This document shows, one piece after another, positions 59,869-64,000 of a stretch of DNA of 64,000 nucleotides; position 1 is the first letter of the stretch; each line of letters begins with the position of its first letter. The notes beneath the pieces were generated by a model. It was given only the letters and a program-made list of their open reading frames with translations. It had not been told where the DNA came from and did not search any database. A program made the translations under genes and the position numbers. The DNA comes from Candidatus Heimdallarchaeum aukensis (GTDB lineage: Archaea > Asgardarchaeota > Heimdallarchaeia > Heimdallarchaeales > Heimdallarchaeaceae): the NCBI GenBank assembly GCA_021513695.1, contig CP084166.1, positions 1,088,001 through 1,152,000 on the forward strand. The letters run 5' to 3'.

Positions 59869-61266
59869 ATGCTTATAAAAACTGGTATTAATGAGCTTGA
59901 CCAGATGATTGATGGTGGTTTACGTACCCATTATTGTTATTCTATCAAGGGTTCTGCTGGTGCTGGTAAGACTGTTTTATCTATTTTTCTTGCTTGGGGT
60001 GCTCTCAATCAGGACATCCCTGTTGTTTTTATTAGTACTGAGATTGAACCTGATCGTATTATTCATTATTTTCACTCTTTTGGTCTTCCTGTTGAGGACT
60101 ACATTGACCGAGGGTTATTAGTCATTGATAAGATGTCTTTGAAGTCTTCTGGTGAGGAGATTATCCAGACTAACAGTTTTGATTTATCAGGTATTATTTT
60201 ACGTGTTACTAAGAAGATTGAGCGTATTCGAGCTAAGTTGGTTATTTTTGATTCTCTTTCTGCTTTTATTGCTGACTTTGAGTATAAAGACACTGCCCGT
60301 AGTAAGTATATTGATTTTATTAAGCGCATTACTAGTTTAGATACTTCTTTAATTATTACTATTGAGTGTGACCCTATTACTAGCAGTTCTCAGATTGACT
60401 ATTTAGTTGACGGTGTTATTGCTTTAAAGACCGAATTAATCAACAATCAGCTAATCAAGAAGATTTCTGTTCCTAAATTAAGAGAAGCCAAGCCTTTAGT
60501 TTATGAAAACCGTTATACTATTACTCAGAAAGGTTTTAGGATTTTCAAATCTGAGAGCGAGCCTTTGTTTACCGTTGATCGTTCTACTGGTATTAAGGTT
60601 TTGGACAATCTTTTAGGTGGAGGTATTGCTCGAGGTTCTGTTGTTTTAGTTGAGATCAATGGTGAGATTAATTATTTTCCTTTCTTCTTGACTCTTCTTT
60701 ACAATTATTTAACTCTAAACCATGGTGTTATCATTCATTCCAATGTTCAGATGAATGTTAATCGTATTTTGGAGGAGTTTGAGCGAGGTCAGTGTGACAT
60801 TTCTGACTACTTACGTGATGGTAATATTGTCTTTTTGGATAAGTACAATCGTTCTGTCACTGCTGTTGAAGCTAAAGAGATTCGTGATATGATTAACTTA
60901 GATGACATGTTAGCTATTACTGTTGAGATGATGCAGGCTTTTGGTTCTGACACTGAAGTTGTTGTTTTTGGTGATCTTACTGATGATGTTAACATTTTGA
61001 ATGAGCGTGATTTCTTAAAATTGTTTGCTCTTCAGTCTTACAACATTAAGGAGCATAATGCTATTTCCTTTTCTTTTATCAATTACAATGCTGTTGACAA
61101 AAAAATTCTCGCTCGTTTACGTACCACCTCTGATGTTATCATTCGTTTATCGCGTGAAAATTATTCTAACTACATTGAATGTTTGAAGAGCACTACTGGT
61201 GCTACATTTCTTGCTAAGAATATTGAATTTAAAAAAAGTTATCCTATGATTGAAATTGTTGAGTGA
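59869..61266 (+). CDS. KaiC-family double RecA-domain ATPase
   Basis: First domain is GINELDQMIDGGL ... IKGSAGAGKTVLS. Second domain is GIKVLDNLLGGGIARGSVVLVEINGE. The ORF track starts at 59752, but the first 39 codons are a hydrophobic low-complexity stretch. Confidence 0.65.
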   Translation: MLIKTGINELDQMIDGGLRTHYCYSIKGSAGAGKTVLSIFLAWGALNQDIPVVFISTEIEPDRIIHYFHSFGLPVEDYIDRGLLVIDKMSLKSSGEEIIQTNSFDLSGIILRVTKKIERIRAKLVIFDSLSAFIADFEYKDTARSKYIDFIKRITSLDTSLIITIECDPITSSSQIDYLVDGVIALKTELINNQLIKKISVPKLREAKPLVYENRYTITQKGFRIFKSESEPLFTVDRSTGIKVLDNLLGGGIARGSVVLVEINGEINYFPFFLTLLYNYLTLNHGVIIHSNVQMNVNRILEEFERGQCDISDYLRDGNIVFLDKYNRSVTAVEAKEIRDMINLDDMLAITVEMMQAFGSDTEVVVFGDLTDDVNILNERDFLKLFALQSYNIKEHNAISFSFINYNAVDKKILARLRTTSDVIIRLSRENYSNYIECLKSTTGATFLAKNIEFKKSYPMIEIVE

Positions 61267-61275
61267 GGAAGTATT

Positions 61276-61524
61276 ATGCACAAGATTTTATACTTCAAGA
61301 GCAAAACTTGTAACTGGTGTCCTTTTGTCGAATCGATTTTAAAGAAGATTGTTTCTGAAAAATCTACTTTAGAGTTAGAAGTTATTGATATTGAAGAAAA
61401 TTATGAAATCGCTGAAAAGTATAATATTATCGCTGTTCCTACTATTATTCTTCCTAACTCTACTAAAATTGTTGGTGCTACCGATGAAACTTTTCTACGC
61501 CAGCAGTTATCATTTTTTTTGTGA
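61276..61524 (+). CDS. small thioredoxin/glutaredoxin-fold protein (CNWC active site)
   Basis: An 82-aa protein with KTCNWCPF CxxC and a cis-Pro region AVPTIIL. Confidence 0.55.
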   Translation: MHKILYFKSKTCNWCPFVESILKKIVSEKSTLELEVIDIEENYEIAEKYNIIAVPTIILPNSTKIVGATDETFLRQQLSFFL

Positions 61525-61641
61525 TTGGTGAGAACTGCTTTCTTTTTGTTCTTTTTTTTGGTAAATTGTTTTTTTCGTTCTTTAATTCTACTTTCATCTC
61601 TATAAGAAAACTCTTTAAATTCTTTTCTTTTTTGTAAATTA

Positions 61642-63373
61642 ATGACTTGGTCCTTAAATGATTCAAAGCTTATCTATGGTGTTGATCAAAACGATCTTTA
61701 TTTTTTAGATATTAATGATCAAGGTGAACTTTTACTTAAGCTTAAGGATCAATCTATTTCTTTTAATGAAATCATCAATCTTGTTAAGTCTCAGTTTAAC
61801 TCTTCTTCTCTCTCTTCTGTTCCTTCATTTACTCTTCGCATTCCTCAATTAATAACTGAACAAATTTCCAAACTTAACACTTGTTTCCAGTCTGCTATTC
61901 ATCAATATCAATATTCTGGCAATTTTCAAGGCATCTATCCTATTAAAGTTAATTCTTTGAGTTATGTTCTTGAAACTATTAAAGCGAACAGTCCTTCCTA
62001 TGCTTTTGAAGCTGGAACTGTTAATGAATTAGATGTTTTGCTTTCTCTTCTTCGTGATGATAAAACTCGTATGATAATGTGTAACGGTGTTAAAGATTCA
62101 GACTATATAGATAAGATTAGAGGAGCTCTTAACGATGGTTATTCTATTGTTATTAGTTTGGAGTCATGCTCTGAGTCTACTACCATTCTTGATTTAATAG
62201 ACCATGATTTACTTAAACTTGCTTTGAGAATCAAACCCTATCCCACTGTTAAATCTCATTGGGGAAGTTCTTCTGGTCGCGATTCTAAATTTGGTTTATC
62301 TATTCATGAATTTAAGCGCATTATTAATTTGTTAGAAAAAAGAGGAGTAAAGGATAAAGTTATTGCTATTCACGCTCATCCTGGTTCTCAGATTATTGAT
62401 ATTGATGGTTTAAGGTTCTTTGTTCTGTATCTTTCAAACAGGTATTTAGAACTTAAGCGTCTTGGTTTCACCAACCTTAACAATATAGACTTTGGTGGAG
62501 GTATACCTATTAATTATGATAATAGGTTACCCTCTGACATTTTAGATAATTATGTTAAAACGCTTGTATTAACTCTAAAAGAGACTATCACCGATTCTGA
62601 CGTTCAACCTAATATTTGGATTGAAGCAGGAAGGTTTCTTACTGCTCCCTCTTCCTTAATTATTGTTGAAACTATTGCTCTTTACTCTATTTTCCCCTCT
62701 GAAGAGAGTTTAAATGACCATAAGGCTATGATTAGCTCAATGCTTGAAAAAATCACTCATCCTTCTTCGATACTTAATTTATTTTCTCATTGGACTGAAT
62801 TACAATCTCCTACAATCGACTCAAATGTTAACGAAATCTTGAAGACTGAAATTTTGATGAAACACTTAAAATTAGCTATCAGAGAAAAAATGATGAATTT
62901 TGATGATGAGCAAAAGTTCAACAGGATTTTTGATTTAGATTTGGATGAGATATTCTATGAGATTTATTCCCCTGAACATATCTTAATCGGTAATTTCAGT
63001 GTTTTCAATACTATTATTGATTGGTTACTTGTTGGTCAATATTTTCCTATTCTTCCTATAGACAATCTTGATCATCAACCTGTTTCTTTAGCTAGATTGG
63101 TGGATAAAACATGTGATTCTGATGGTGAGATATCTATTTACCATCCTGTCTTTAATGAAGAAAAGATTTTGTATACCAAGGATGGTTTTCCATTAACAGT
63201 CAAAGACAAGAAATTTAATCTCATGGGCTTTCCTATTGGTTGTTTGCCTACTAATTTCCCATATTATTTAGTTATTGCTTTAACAGGTGCCTACCAAGAT
63301 AACATTAAGATGCATCACAATCTAATTGAGCCATTAAGTAGTATTATTATCAAGCATGAGAATGGGCAGTGGA
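61642..63373 (+). CDS. speA: biosynthetic arginine decarboxylase (SpeA, PLP fold-III), 3' end replaced by or fused to duplicated KaiC sequence
   Basis: Not in the ORF track because there is no stop before the window end. Translation gives MTWSLNDSKLIYGVDQNDLYFLDINDQGELLL ... YQYSGNFQGIYPIKVNSLSYVLETIK...YAFEAGTVNELDVLLSL ... IDFGGGIPINYD ... ALTGAYQDNIKMHHNLIEP, matching SpeA blocks. The reading frame continues in frame into the repeat at 63374. Confidence 0.6.
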
Positions 63374-64000
63374 CTATTACTAGCAGTTCTCAGATTGACT
63401 ATTTAGTTGACGGTGTTATTGCTTTAAAGACCGAATTAATCAACAATCAGCTAATCAAGAAGATTTCTGTTCCTAAATTAAGAGAAGCCAAGCCTTTAGT
63501 TTATGAAAACCGTTATACTATTACTCAGAAAGGTTTTAGGATTTTCAAATCTGAGAGCGAGCCTTTGTTTACCGTTGATCGTTCTACTGGTATTAAGGTT
63601 TTGGACAATCTTTTAGGTGGAGGTATTGCTCGAGGTTCTGTTGTTTTAGTTGAGATCAATGGTGAGATTAATTATTTTCCTTTCTTCTTGACTCTTCTTT
63701 ACAATTATTTAACTCTAAACCATGGTGTTATCATTCATTCCAATGTTCAGATGAATGTTAATCGTATTTTGGAGGAGTTTGAGCGAGGTCAGTGTGACAT
63801 TTCTGACTACTTACGTGATGGTAATATTGTCTTTTTGGATAAGTACAATCGTTCTGTCACTGCTGTTGAAGCTAAAGAGATTCGTGATATGATTAACTTA
63901 GATGACATGTTAGCTATTACTGTTGAGATGATGCAGGCTTTTGGTTCTGACACTGAAGTTGTTGTTTTTGGTGATCTTACTGATGATGTTAACATTTTGA
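63374..64000 (+). repeat. exact direct duplicate of 60374..61000 (internal KaiC-like gene segment), offset exactly 3000 bp, truncated by window end
   Basis: Base-for-base identity over 627 bp. The antisense ORFs 60807..60995 and 63807..63995 are identical. Confidence 0.9.

Noticed and set aside
63807-63995. Minus-strand 62-aa ORF, identical to 60807..60995
   Set aside because: Both are antisense ORFs within KaiC-coding sequence. The identity simply reflects the 3000-bp-offset duplication.
1-64000. CRISPR arrays
   Set aside because: No regularly spaced direct repeats of 24-40 bp were found on reading through the intergenic regions. The only tandem repeat is the 24-bp coding repeat at 27673.

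Overview
This is an AT-rich window (roughly 30% GC by eye) that looks archaeal. It encodes Orc1/Cdc6, Alba, the tRNA-splicing endonuclease EndA, NucS/EndoMS, an archaeal-type AMP phosphorylase and a KaiC-like ATPase, and the tRNA-Pro gene carries a genomically encoded CCA. The RING-like proteins, the GlnRS and the low GC would fit an Asgard/Lokiarchaeia-like or similar lineage, but that cannot be proven from sequence alone. About 55 protein genes are densely packed on both strands. Housekeeping genes include a MacB/FtsX-type ABC exporter, AlaX, AMP phosphorylase, Orc1/Cdc6, a metal (Znu/Tro-type) ABC transporter with a DtxR-family regulator, a GlnRS next to two tandem tRNA-Gln genes, an M24 peptidase, a P-type ATPase, Alba, EndA, an HdrD/GlcF-like plus GlcD-like plus GcvH-like cluster, UppP, a UbiA prenyltransferase, KaiC-like ATPases and SpeA. 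The accessory content is: (i) a candidate defence island next to tRNA-Pro, containing a 714-aa OLD-family/PARIS-like ABC-ATPase-Toprim protein and a 545-aa unknown protein co-transcribed with an HD hydrolase; (ii) a radical-SAM/SPASM maturase translationally coupled to a 68-aa acidic peptide, a RiPP-like pair; (iii) an operon pairing a signal-peptide/TM protein carrying a cytoplasmic RING/PHD-like cross-brace zinc finger with a membrane-anchored vWA (MIDAS) protein; (iv) a wHTH + ParA/MinD-like + membrane protein operon; (v) two ~1.5-kb copies of a TnpB-only IS200/IS605-like element whose TnpB lacks the usual zinc finger and is disrupted in both copies; and (vi) a GC-rich intergenic patch that may be a structured ncRNA. 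The last 627 bp of the window exactly repeat an internal KaiC-like gene segment located exactly 3000 bp upstream. This fuses the speA 3' end in frame to KaiC sequence and probably reflects an assembly or construction artefact or a very recent segmental duplication. No CRISPR array, integrase or rRNA was seen.
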